Notes: generated by a model not told the origin, from the sequence alone. DNA of 64,000 bases from Okamejei kenojei (GCA_035221665.1 CM069159.1:20212001-20276000), one strand, 5' to 3'. Shown: positions 38,249 to 50,558, counted from the stretch's first letter. Program-made: numbers and translations.

Positions 38249-39720
38249 AATTCATCCATCCTTGGTACTGTCCTTTTGTTCATCTGCACATTGCCCCTCC
38301 GTAACGTCGGGCGATAACAATTAGTTCCGCACAGATACTGACAAATCTCAAGTCTATCTGACCGCCACTACCTTCATGTGTTCCTTTTAAATCCTCAGAT
38401 TGCTTGTCTATTGTTCAGAAGATGAATGTATTTCATGCAAATATTAGAATAAATCAAAATCAAATCTGCCATTGGATTACAAAGGATGGAGAAATTATAG
38501 ATGTGATGTGCTGAGTTTTCATTCATTACTCAGTGTGAATCTTTGTTTATAAATGATATAATAGGTTGGATGATGCTCTATTACACCAGAAAGATGGCTT
38601 TGGGTTTTCTAGAAGTCATTTTCAATATCATCCAACCTCCTTTGAAATTACAGTGGCAACATAAACACGACATGGATTGTCCAGATTTTATTTTCTATTG
38701 TTAGCCTTTTTGTTATTTCATTCCTTATCTCTCCTGGGATAGCTGCAGGAAGAGGGAGGGGGAAGGAAGTATATTGATGATGCATCATTCATGCTGTGGG
38801 GCAGGTCTGATGAGTTTTCTACCAGCCCGTCAATGTTGTGTGTTCTTGTGTATAAACTATATGAAATCTGTGGCTTTAATTCCCAGTTGGGAAGGAATGG
38901 ATTGCTGACTCGTGGTAGCATTACCCTTGCTATCGTAATTTTGGCATTAAAGGGGATAAATTACATGAATAACTAACCATTCCCCTGATAATATTAGGAA
39001 ACCCGAATGCAGCATATAATAACAGAACTGCAGAGAGTGTGTGTGTGGCTTTGTAGGCTTTTTCAGTTCTCGTCAATCGTGGCATCGATAAAGGCATAAT
39101 CACGGTTGCAAGGCTGAGAAAGGATATCAGTAGTCATCTCACAAGGATCTCAGCCATAATCGTTACCTCAGCAGAAGAAGCGTGTGAGCAAGAGGGTGGG
39201 TGGGGGGGGGGGTGGTCGGATGAATTTTGTGGGAGGGCAGGGATTGAAAGCTATTTGGAGAAAAGCCAGTGTACCAAAAGGTCTATTAAGTGACCAGAAA
39301 CAATGGGGAAAGAGGACAGAGCAGCTCTTTGTCTCTCCGCTGTTACTTCTGCTGCATCTGAACAAGGACAGACTAGCTTTTCATCGCATTATCATTCAAA
39401 TACAGCCCTGTTAATGAAACCAAGGGTAGTTACACCTGCTCCAGTCTGCTATGACTGCCCTCTATCCTGATGTTTTCAATTAATGTGATACTGATTTTTC
39501 TTAATATTGAAACACAGTACAGTGGGAATCAGATCCTCCCCACCCCCCCAAGTAAATTCAACAGCTTGTAACAATAATCATTAAAACAAATCCTATTTTC
39601 CATTCTCACCCAGTGTAACATGGATGATTAATTATCACCAAAATTTTGGGTGAATGGAAGCAATCATTAAATGTGTAACTTAATCAAAATTATCATTAAA
39701 ATCTGTGAAGCTGATGCCTA

Positions 39721-39922
39721 CGGTGCCCTGAAATTGGGGGACTATGGTGGACTATTTCTACATGGTGAAACCAAAATGTATAAAAATGGCCGTTAACAAA
39801 ATCTGACAATGTGCACTTTAACCACATGTGATGTTTTTTCTATCACTAATCTCAAATTGTGGAGTACAAGAGGCAAATAAATAAATGATGGGTCTTTGTC
39901 CCAAACATTATGGAGGGCACTG
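39721..39922. mobile_element. Internally deleted Tc1/mariner-type DNA transposon relic
   Basis: TA|CGGTGCCCT ... AGGGCACTG|TA: TA TSD and CAGTG-type termini; long right end GTCTTTGTCCCAAACATTATGGAGGGCACTG. Confidence 0.7.
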
Positions 39923-40059
39923 TACCTATTTCCCTCAATACGCCACCCTGATATATTCCAAATACTTAAAGAGAAACTAAATTAATTCCCTCATACCATT
40001 TAACTGTAATAAAATCTGACAAAACCCTCAAATACATGTTACCTCATACCGTAACACTG

Positions 40060-40580
40060 AGATATTACAAAGGAACATGCCTTTTGGCCCACGATGTCTG
40101 TTGCTGACCACAACACCAAATTAAACTAATTCCATCTGCCTGAAAATTATCAACATCCTTACTTATCTAAATGACTCAAAAATGATGCTATCTTACCCGC
40201 TAACTTGTCTTGTGAAACCCCATTAACTTTTCTCCCTTTCACCTTAAAGATACACCCTCTATAATTTCCTATCCTATCTGTACCTCTCATAATTGTATTG
40301 ATTCCTATCAGGTCAACCCTTAGACTCCAATGCTCCATAGAAAACAATCCAAGTTTGTCCAACCTATCCTGATAGCTAACGCTCTCTCATCCAGACAGCA
40401 TCCAGGCCAACCTCTTCAGCATCTTCACCGAAGCCTCCTCATCCCTCCTGCAATGCAGTGATCAGCACTGCACACAATCTTCCAAATGTGGCCGAAACAA
40501 AGTTTTCTTCAGCGGTAACATGAGTTCCCGACTTTTGTACTCAACGCCCCTCAATGTTTGTCCACTTTTAAGGAGCTAAC
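40060..40580 (-). mobile_element. CR1 3' fragment
   Basis: ORF DKLGLFSMEHWSLRVDLIGINTIMRGTDR; tail CCTTTTGGCCCAC. Confidence 0.8.
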
Positions 40581-40726
40581 TTTTATCTTTCACCGTGAAG
40601 TGCAATATCTTTGGAGTTAAACACTCCGAAGGACCCCTCTCCCTGTACTACACACTGAATGACAACATCTCTCTCAGTGTAACACTCTGATGGACAAACC
40701 CCCAACAATCTACCACTTTAAAAGAC

Positions 40727-40872
40727 CTGAAGAAGGTCTTCAATCTGAAGAAGGGTTCCGATCCAAAACATCACCCATCCTTTTTCTTCAGAGCTGCTGC
40801 CTGACCCACTGAGTTACTGCAGATCTGTGTCCATCATCGGTATAAATTACCATCTGCAGTTCCTCCCTGCAC
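40727..40872 (+). mobile_element. PLE terminal repeat with duplicated CTGAAGAAG start
   Basis: CTGAAGAAGGTCTTCAATCTGAAGAAGGGTTCCGATCCAAAACATCACCC..CATCTGCAGTTCCTCCCTGCAC. Confidence 0.75.
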
Positions 40873-41409
40873 ACCTCAAAAGACCATGTACCAGTCTGAT
40901 AAACCCCTTGCCTCCCAGTCTAACATGACGGATCCCACATCTCTCGGTATAACACAAACACCCATCAGTCAAATCCTCTAAAATATGACACATCCATCAG
41001 TCTCCCACTCCAAAAGATCCTCTTCTTGAGATATGGTCGTAATATTCCCCAAATAAAGGATCAGAAGTATTTTCAAAGCAGCATCGTGCCTTCATCATTA
41101 ATTCCCCTGCAGCAATAAAATCCATTAATATAATAGATCCTGAGAGTGACTCATGGATGAATGAACCATTTCTTTCCTGGGGCAAGATGGCTAATTGAAT
41201 AGTGTCTAGTTCTATCCATGCTGGGACAGATGAGTCACAACACAATGTGGATCAAACCTGTGCCTTTCTGATGTGACTGGCCCCTCAGCTCACTGACCAG
41301 CATGTTATTAAAAAAAGAAGAAAGACATTCACATATGTCGTGTCTTTCATGACCACAGGAAGTACTTCTCAAAGGTTAGTACTGTTATAATGAAAGGAAC
41401 AGAACAGTA

Positions 41410-42145
41410 AGTTGGAAAGAGTGCAGAGAAAATTTACGAGGATGTTGCCAGGACTTGAGGGTCTGAGCTACAGGGAGAGATTGGGTAAGCAAGGATTTTA
41501 TTCCTTGGAGCCCAGGAGGATGAGTGGTGATCTTGCAGAGGTGTGTTAAGGGCCTGCCCCACTGTGGCGATATTTGCGTGTCATTTATGCAACGTCATTT
41601 ACGCGTCACGATGCACGATGCAATATAATTTATGCATCACACGCGCATCGTGACACGCACGTGATGCGCGCATGGCGAGCATTACGCGCAGTGAGACGTG
41701 GTGGCGTAGGTAGTGATTTGCAGTTGCGCGCGGCGCCCCAGGACTTTGGGATTCACAAAATCTTTGCGCGCCATCTGCTTGACGCGCAAATGATGCCCAA
41801 GTGGCACAGGCCCTTAAGGTCATATGGGAATAGATAGGACAGATACTTAGAGTAGAGAAATCAAGAACCAGAGGACATAGGTTTAAGTGAAAGTGGAAAG
41901 ATTTAATGGGAACTTGAGACGAAACATTTTCAATTGGCGAGGGTGGTGAGTATATAGAATGGGCTACCGGAGTGGGTAGTTGAGAAAGGTTTAAACATTT
42001 AAAAGACATTTGGACAGGTACATGGATAGGAAAGGTTTAGAGCGATATGGGCGTAATGCGAATTTGCTGGACTAGCATCGATTGGGCATTTCGCTTGGCA
42101 TGGGCAAGTTGGGCCGAAGGGTCTGTTTCTATCCTGTATGACTGT
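41410..42145 (+). mobile_element. CR1 3' fragment interrupted by a MITE
   Basis: GGAAAGAGTGCAGAGAAAATTTACGAGGATGTTGCCAGGACTTGAGGG (ERVQRKFTRMLPGLEG)..GGGCCGAAGGGTCTGTTTC. Confidence 0.85.
41549..41814. mobile_element. CpG-rich MITE (PIF/Harbinger-type termini)
   Basis: TIRs AGGGCCTGCCCCACT / AGTGGCACAGGCCCT; flanks TTA/TAA; splits a CR1. Confidence 0.8.
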
Positions 42146-42179
42146 ACTAAACGGATGAATCTGTCAAAGGTGACAGGAA

Positions 42180-42455
42180 AATAATCAGATCTTCTGATTT
42201 AGTGATGCCGATTGAGTGATGAACATTGGCTAGGAAGTGAGGATGAACTCTCATGCTCTTTATCAAAACAGTGAATCTTTCATGTCCTCCCTTCAGATGG
42301 GATCTGACCTTAACACTTCATCTGAAAGGCAGCATCTCTGTTCATGCAGTGCTCCTCTAACACTACATCCATCTGGATTTTATCTGAAAGTCTTGGTGAT
42401 CAAATTCAAGACCATATACATTTGACTCTGAGCAAGTGTGTCACTGAATGAGTAA
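42180..42455 (-). mobile_element. Deu-SINE (SacSINE1-like); its 3' tail probably lies at about 41310-41400
   Basis: AACATTGGCTAGGA..TCATCTGAAAGGCAGCATCTC..TGCAGTGCTCCTC..TTTGACTCTGAG resembles the reverse Deu core and head. Confidence 0.65.
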
Positions 42456-43879
42456 ATATAAATACTACTCAACATTAAATACACTAACTTTATTGTATGG
42501 TCGCTAAGATGCTAAATGACAATAAACAATCTGTAATATCTGGGTTGGCAAACCTTAATCCCCTATTTGAATGCAAGCATTACCCAAAGGAGCAAAGATA
42601 ATTTCCAATAATTGGGTCAACAGTCTTACTGACTCATGACAGGGATGCAAACAGTTGTGAATTGATATAATTAACCATACCTGGAAACTGTTTTCATATT
42701 GTGGGAACCGTGCCTTTGAATTCCTTTCTGCTCTGCTGGAGTTTCTGCTGTCTGGTTCTCATTTGCTGGTGACATAGACTTAATCAGTTCTGCTAAAGTC
42801 CCTTCTGTTACAAGCAAGTCTAATATAAGCAGCTTGTCTGTTACAATTACAGAAGCGCACTATTATTGTTCCAACGTGAAGAAAGCTATGCACAAATTTC
42901 TAAGCATCACATGAACATTTTAATTGTTGAAACCAGGGCCACATACAGTATGAACGTTTTATAAGATGCACTTTTTGGTATTACAAACAACTAAATATTA
43001 AATGGGACTGTTTACAACAGTTTAGCTGGTAAAATAAAGCATTGATCTTAGTGCTTGGACTAAATACTGAAAGCAGTTGTTCTAGTATTTTTATATTCGA
43101 AGCCAAAAGAAACTTCGAATGAAGGAATTTTGGAGTCCTGTCATGATCTCTGTAACAAAATTCACCACACGTCACGGTGATCTTTCTGCTCTGTAGACCC
43201 ACTTGAAATTCTGCCTGGTGATGGAATTGTGCAGTTTGCAGTGTTCTTTGTTCTAATGTGGGGATAGGCTATATTCGACATTATCATCAATTACGTTCAG
43301 AAGCAGTGCAAACTCCCACAGGAATATTTTCAGATGCCCACATATTGCATTTCTTGACAATATCCTTTCTCTTCTGCAAAGTAGCTCTGTATTGCACTGC
43401 GCGACACTCAATCTGTCAGAGGTTTGCAATAAAACATTGAAATGAGGTTTGATTTTCAGTTTTTGGTTACACGAATGGCCACCAGCAGTTACTTCTCAAT
43501 GCTGTACCGCTCAATACTTTCACTTATATTTGTGCATGAACATTATATGTTATTTTAAGAGATTTAAGTTAAAGGAATACTTGAAAAAGTAATTCAACTA
43601 ATTAAGCTATCCTTACAATTACAATAAGATGAATTTCCTCTCTGCACTAATTCTTCTGAGACACTCAGGGAGAACCATTTACAATACAAATTTTGTTACA
43701 AGTATCCTTCTTACAATTGATAAGACCTGGAAAGCGACAATAGCATTGTAATAATGAAACCAACTTGTATATTTTCCTTTTCATTCCAACTTTGTTTTTC
43801 TTTTATTGGTCCTGTTCAAAACACTAATCTGTCTTACCATTTTTGTAGATAAAGTGAGAGGAAAAAAATGCAGCTTTTC

Positions 43880-44225
43880 AGAACAACACTTGATCCCCAC
43901 GACCAAAGTAGTACCTTCATAATATGTTGCCATGGTTTAAGTGTGTGAAATGAGAGCCACTTTGCTCACAGTAATCTCCCACAAACAAAGTAATAACCGT
44001 ATGATACGATCTTACAAAAATGTGATCAAATTAAAGATCTGTATACTGAGGTAACACTCCTGCTATAATTCAAAACAATGTCCTGACATCATCTATATCA
44101 ACGCAAGAGAGAGAGCGAGTATATGTGATCTTCAAACATCCAGCACTGCCTTAGTACAGTACTACACTAGAGTACCCACCTAAAATTTTGTATTCAAGTC
44201 TCTTGAGTGGGATTTGAGTCTGGAA
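43880..44225 (-). mobile_element. Deu-SINE (SacSINE1-like), degenerate
   Basis: CTTTGCTCACAGTAATCTCCCACAAACA..CAGCACTGCCTTAGTAC..TTTTGTATTCAAGTCTCTTGAGTGGGATTTGA. Confidence 0.6.
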
Positions 44226-44567
44226 GCTCCTGGATCAAACACATTTCCAATTTTAGCCAAAATCCTGCATGCAATCTTTGTGGTGGTATTGAAGACTGGC
44301 TGCACACAACATATTGGTGGCAGGAAGACAATTGCAAAAATCAAGAGCATAAAGAGTAATTCGACATAAAAACGTGCATTCATTTATCATCCTCTTTTGT
44401 AACCTCAGGACTTCCTATTGCGCGTTATGTCTAATGAATTCATTAAAAGAGTAGTCACTGTTGAATATAGTGCCTAAATTAATTACACATTTGTTGCCAC
44501 TATAATTACTAGGTCGGAACATACTGGAGTTTCCTAGATCTACACCCAATTTCACTATGCGAGACAT

Positions 44568-44876
44568 CACAGCGTGGCACAGTGGTAGAGTTGCTGACTT
44601 ACAGTGCCAGAGACCCCGGTTTGATCCTGACTACGGGTGCTATCTGTACGGAGTTTGTACCTTCCCCCCCGTGATTTGTGTGGGGTTTTCCCCAGGATCT
44701 CCGGTTTCCTCCCACACTCCAAAAGTCAAACAGGTTTGTCGGTTGATTTGCTTGGTATAATTGTAAATTGTCCCTAATATGTGTAGAATAGCATGAGTGT
44801 ATGGGGATCACTGGTCAACGTGGACTCGGTGGACAGAAGGTCCTCTTTCCACGCTGTTCCTCTAAACTAAACTAAA
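44568..44876 (+). mobile_element. HE1-like V-SINE, near full length
   Basis: GTGGCACAGTGGTAGAGTTGCTG, CCCGGTTTGATCCTG, CCGGTTTCCTCCCACACTCCAAAAG, (CTAAA)n tail. Confidence 0.9.
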
Positions 44877-45111
44877 ATCCACAATAGTGGATGGGGAAAT
44901 AGTGAAGCAAGATCAGAAAAGCTGTTCATAGATGGTTCAGTCCTTCAATCCAGTCAGATTTCTGCTCTGGCTAAACACCTAAAAAACCTCTTACCAAAGT
45001 CATAAGTTATAGCTTGTGTGACTAAGACAGGAGGAAGCAATCTAGTTTTGTCCATGCCAAGTTGTCTGGAGCAACCTTTGTCATCAATGATCACATTATC
45101 CATTTCATACT

Positions 45112-45930
45112 TATATAACCATATAACCATATAACAATTACAGCACGGAAACAGGCCCTCTCGGCCCTTCCAGTCCGTGCCGACCATTTGTTTTCCCCTA
45201 GTCCCATCTACCTGCACTCAGACCATAACCCTCCATTCCCTTCACGTCCATATACCTATCCACGTTAGTCTTAAATGTTAAAATCGATCCTGCCTCCACC
45301 ACTTCTGCTGGAAGCTCATCCCACACAGCCACCACCCTCTGAGTAAAGAAGTTCCCCCTCACGTTACCCCGAAACTTCTGTCCCTTAATTCTCATGTCAT
45401 GCCCTCTTGTTTGAATCTTCCCTACCCTCAATGGGAAAAACGTATCCACGTCAACTCTGTCTATCCCTTTCATCATTTTAAAGACCTCAATCAAGTCCCC
45501 CCTTAACCTTCTGCGCTCCAAAGACCTAACTTGTTCAACCTTTCTCTGTAACATAGTTGCTGGAACCCTGGCAACATTCTAGTAAATCTCCTCTGTACTC
45601 TCTCTATTTTGTTGACATCCTTCCTATAACTAGGCGACCAAAATTGTACACCATACTCCAGAATTGGTCTTACCAATGCCTTGTACAATTTTAACATTAC
45701 TTCCCTACTTCTATATTCAATGCTCTGATTTATAAAGGCCAGCACACCAAAGGCTTTCTTTACCACCCTATCTACATGCGATTCCACCTTCAGGGAACTA
45801 TGCACAGTTATTCCTAGATCCCTCTGTTCCACAGCATTCCTCAATTCCCTACCATTTACCATGTACTTCCTATTTTGATTTGTCCTGCCAAGATGTAGCA
45901 CTTCACACTTAACAGCATTAAACTCCATCT
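45112..45930 (-). mobile_element. Young 5'-truncated CR1 (HER1-like) LINE, ORF2 C-terminal part
   Basis: ORFs MEFNAVKCEVLHLG..LYKALVRPILEYGVQFWSP..RVQRRFTRMLPG and RRLRGDLIEVFK..FFTQRVVAVWDELP; (CCATATAA)n tail. Confidence 0.95.
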
Positions 45931-46419
45931 ACTTCTCACCTATTGTCCACGTGCACATTAGCTATCTGCGTTGTTGTTCAGTGAATCATCTGCAATGGTC
46001 TATCTTCCCCTCCCAATCTTTCAAGCCTTTATACTCGACCCAGTCCTCTTCTCATTGAAAAGATTGCTTGAAAACACATCTCAATATGTATGCTGATTGC
46101 ACATGCTCCACTGCATGGTCACCTCTTTCACCCATGCTTCGGAATTGCCAGATATTTTCTCTGACATCCATTGTTGAATAAACAAGTCTTTCTTTCCAAT
46201 TAAGAACGAGAGGGAGAAACTTTGTCTATGACCCATTATCCCTAGGCTAATGTATGCCACACCAAAGTATTTCATTTTTATCCCTGAGGTAAGGTTTGAG
46301 CATGTTACTGTGGTGTTACTTGGACTGCCTTTCTCCATCATCATGTTGAGAGTTGATATTCCAGTGTTCTCCTGGTCAACTTCCATTCTTCTATCACCAT
46401 TCAATTCGCCCACTTAGAC

Positions 46420-46715
46420 ACATGTACACTGATTGCTAGCTCCTTGTTGAGTAATACCTTGATTAAAAAATTCTCACCCTTGTTTTCAAGTCCTTCCATG
46501 CATTGTATATTCTCATCTCTCTTACCTTCTCTAGATCAATTCCCCTAAGACATATTAGCCCTCTTCTACTTTTCCACTTCTGGTTCTTGCTCACCACCAA
46601 TGTTAACCGCTCCATTAGTGGCCAGGCTACAATGCACCCAAGCTCTGGAATGTCTTTGCCCCTGCATCTAGTTCCTCCTTTAAGATGCCCTAAAATGTTC
46701 TCATTGACTAAATTT
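46420..46715 (+). mobile_element. L2 LINE 3' fragment
   Basis: AAAATTCTCACCCTTGTTTTCAAGTCCTTCCATG (KILTLVFKSFH) and AAGCTCTGGAAT (KLWN), typical of the L2 ORF2 end. Confidence 0.65.
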
Positions 46716-46939
46716 CCAGACTATCTTCTTAAAAGCTTCCGTGCCAAAGTGAGGAATTCCCTGTGTATTACAGCAATACAAACAGCCTACAGTACAAACT
46801 GTTGTTTCCAAAGTATTTGACTGTGGGAGGAACCTTGCTACATCCAGAGCCGAGTTGTCATACAGTAGCATCCAACCTTTCCAGTGGTGCTTTGGCTAAT
46901 TGGGCGGCACAGTGGCATAGCGGTAGACTTGCTACCTTA

Positions 46940-47125
46940 AGGGCCTGTCCCACTTGGACTTCATCTCCACGTCACGCAGGTGGCGCGCGAAGATTTTGTG
47001 AATCCCAAAATCCTGGGGCGCCGTGCGCGATGGCGTGTCACTGCCTATGCCACCACGTCACACCACGTGCCATGCACGCGTAATGCATGCCATGCGCGCT
47101 TCACATGCACGTCACATGCATGTCC
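46940..47125. mobile_element. Truncated second copy (opposite orientation) of the CpG-rich MITE, inserted in a SINE head (46902-46939)
   Basis: TTA|AGGGCCTGTCCCACTTGG..AAGATTTTGTGAATCCCAAAATCCTGGGGCGCCG approximately matches the reverse complement of 41730-41814. Confidence 0.8.
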
Positions 47126-47514
47126 TTAAACTATGCTGATTAGTAACCAGCAACAAATGTTAAGTATTGAACCAGTTGTGGACCTTACCAAGTACCAAGG
47201 GATGTAAATCTCGCCCTCAGACAAGTCTTATCCTGTTGTCGATTCAGAACAATGTCCCAACAAATAGGGAGATAAATAGAACTACTGGTTTCTGACTGGT
47301 TTCAGGACTGTGACTAGTGCCTCAGCAACACTCCAATTAATCTGTTCTTTGTTCACATCAGCAAGGTCATCAATTATTAATCTCTCCTAAGATAGACACA
47401 AAGTGCTGGAGTAACTCAATGGGTCAGGCATCATCTCAGGACAAAAGGGATAGGTGACTTTCCTAGTTACCCGCCGGAACTGAGTGAATTTCAACAATGT
47501 CAGTAGATCTACAA

Positions 47515-47830
47515 TCACAGTTGGGTAGCTGGTAGAACAGCTGACCCACAGTGCCAGAGACCCTGGTTTGATTCTGACCTAATCAGCAGTCTGTGTGGAG
47601 TATGCACGTTTTCCCTGCGACCGCATGGGGTTTCCTCCAGAGGTTCCGGTCTCCGCACACATTCCAAAACATATGGGCTGATGGATCAATTGGCTGCTGT
47701 ATAAATGCCCCTTATGTGCAGGGAGTGGATGAAAATGTACAATATCATTGAACTGGTGTGAACGGATGATAAATGGTTGTCGTGGACTCGATTGGCTGAA
47801 GGGTTGTTTCCATATTATATCTCTAAACGA
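47515..47830 (+). mobile_element. HE1-like V-SINE
   Basis: ACAGTGCCAGAGACCCTGGTTTGATTCTGACC..GGTTTCCTCC..GGACTCGATTGGCTGAAGGG..TCTCTAAAC. Confidence 0.8.
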
Positions 47831-48324
47831 AACATATAACCTAGACAAGATCAAGTAAGGATGATAGTTTTCTTTACCTGATGAGGATGAGTGAACCAGA
47901 TGAGTTTCTGTAATCCTGTATTTGCATGGTCACTATTACCGAATCTAACTGTTTATTTAATTAATTGAGCTTAAATTAATTAAGTTTAAATTCCCCAGCT
48001 GCAAATGATTTAAGCTCACATAATGGATCAATAGTTTATGCCTCTAGATGCTGGCCCAATAACTTCACCATGGTGTCATCATGCTCACAGGAGATAGATA
48101 TTTTAAAAAGGTATTTCAAAAGGAGATGGTGTGAAGAATGCAAATTTGTTTTTGCCTTTGGTTATGAATCGGCACTCGACTTTACACGTGAAAGTCACAA
48201 TCAGGAACTGAACTCTCAGTCTAAAGAAATCTACAATTTGCACTGTAGTTACTCCTACAGCTAATCTCACACCCTCAACCTCCACAACTGAGAAGGATAA
48301 AGGTAGTCAGGTCATGGTAAACAT

Positions 48325-48428
48325 GGCCAGAAGAAGAGTTCCAATCAGAAACATCACCTATTCCTTTTCTCCAGAGATGCTGTCTGACCCGCTGAGTTAC
48401 TCCATCTTTTTGTGTCTATCTTTGGTTT
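48325..48428 (+). mobile_element. PLE terminal-repeat fragment (other short ones at 6015-6092, 47388-47460, 48572-48608, 49460-49548)
   Basis: AGAAGAAGAGTTCCAATCAGAAACATCACCTATTCC..CTGACCCGCTGAGTTACTCC. Confidence 0.75.
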
Positions 48429-50558
48429 CCCTTCAAGCTCCATACCATTGTCATTTGAAATACATAGTTTGCTGGGTCTAATTCCTGAAACTGCTACAGC
48501 ACAATGGGAGTCCCTGCACTAGAGGAACTGCAGAGGTCTGAAAGGCGACACTCCACCTCCTCCTCGAGGACATTTGGTTTAGACCAGCATCTGCAATTCC
48601 TTCCTGCACTAAATGGAGTTTGCTTGGCTCGGTGTGTGAGATATGCATGGATAAAGCAGACCTGCTCAAACAGAGCAGCAGGGAGATAAGAATTCCACCA
48701 GCACTGGGAGTACACAAGACGCAATGGTTTGGAGTGAGATGGAGAAATTGTTCACTTCAGTTTATTGTGTGAGAGGTGTCAACCAACTCTTGAGTAGCAA
48801 TGATCTGAATGCTTGAGATCACACACTTTCTGAAAGCAGGCATTCAATGGCAAAGCAGCAAACGAAAAAAATGGAGGAAATCTGGTGATAGAAAATGAGA
48901 AAATAATAAATGTACAATGAATGGAAGCAAGATTATTCAGTAAATTATTCTATTAACTCCATTACATGATCTAAAACTAAGTAGAACAGCCAGAAGCGAT
49001 CAAAACCTTATGCCAAGCAAATCATCGCTATATTTTAAATAGTTTGCAAATCAGATCATGCAAAAATGGAACCAAAGCCCATTCTTACTTTATCAGTAAT
49101 TTAGTGAAACAAATTGGTCGAACCCGTTCATGACGAAGGAAGCCAATAAGTTATTCTACTTCCAAATCTTGACATAGTAAAGGAAGCATTGCTGAGTATT
49201 TTGCAAATTAAATACAACTTTTACTGATATTTTAATTGATATCAGTAAATGTTTGTTCAGAACTATGGATAGGAAAATCAGCAACTTTTTTTGGCACTTC
49301 TTCACGGTTCAGAGCATCATTTAAAAAAATGTGCATGTCTCACAGTTCATTAGGGATGGATCTGAGCTCATATTGTGACCCTCTCATGACTCTATGACTT
49401 AAGGCTATATTGGGGAATGAATCTGATCAATAGGCTGGACGCAAACCCATCCTGATGTTGTAGGGTCTCGACCCAAAATGTCACCCATGCCTTCTCTCCA
49501 GAAATGCTGCCTGTCCCACTGAATTACTCCAGCATTTTGTGTGTATCTTCTCTGATGGATGACATCACACTTTTTCTCAATGTTCCTTTCCATTGATGTC
49601 CCAAGAAACAATGTAAAATGGAACTAATTTATCTACAAAGCAGCCCATTGTGTACAGCCAGTGTTGATCAATTTTGTTCTCTTGCAGGCTGGGTGCATGT
49701 GCCCAGGATGTCCATCTGGATGAGGTGTGGGTCCACCCATTCACATCGAGCTGGAGACAGCACATGCCAATGGCATCATAAGAGGAGAGCAACAGCAGAG
49801 TGTAAGGCTTAGTAAAGAATACAATGAGAGGAAGTGCGGTGATATCTGTAAACAAGATGCTACGTCTGAAGTAAAATAGCATGAAATGGAAAATTAATGG
49901 AAACATTACATTGCGTAGCAATGGAAGTTGAATCAAAGTTAATAATATTCTTCAAACCAAGGTTTAAATCCTTGACCTGAAGAACTAAGGATCAATCAAC
50001 AGTTCAAGGTAATTAAGGTAATTTCCAGTATTAACAAAATGTGGCGTTGTCTGCATTGAATATATGACTAGGCTTGTGGAATTGTAACTATGCAACAAAA
50101 AAACAAACTGATCACTGACTATTTGCCTTAAATTTCTACGATAAAATGATGAGATGCTACTATGATGCCTGTACGCTCACAGCTGAAGATTACTTTGATG
50201 CGTCTTTAAATCTATATAACATCACTCAGCCATACATAGTTCATAATTATAGAAGGCTATGCATCTCTGGGATGTCCAGGAGGTATATATTGTATTATAT
50301 TTAAAGTAATTGTTTCTGAACTTATTCCTCCTTTGCAAGCGAGCTAATAGGACCTTCTTGACCAATAATACACTTAAAAGGTTAACAAAGTAAAAACAGG
50401 AAAACTAATATTCGTGTGCTGATGTCTCTGAACTGTTTAACTTTGGTAGCTCCAAGAACTGGCAATTCATTTTTCCTTCAGTTTAAACTTAAATCTCTTT
50501 AATTGAAATTTATGGGTTATATTTGCAATTCTATTATCAACTGCAGAAAAATATTCTT

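Noticed and set aside
44568-44640. tRNA-like A/B boxes as tRNA genes (also at other SINE heads)
   Set aside because: They run directly into V-domain and CR1-like tails, so they are SINE heads with no complete cloverleaf.
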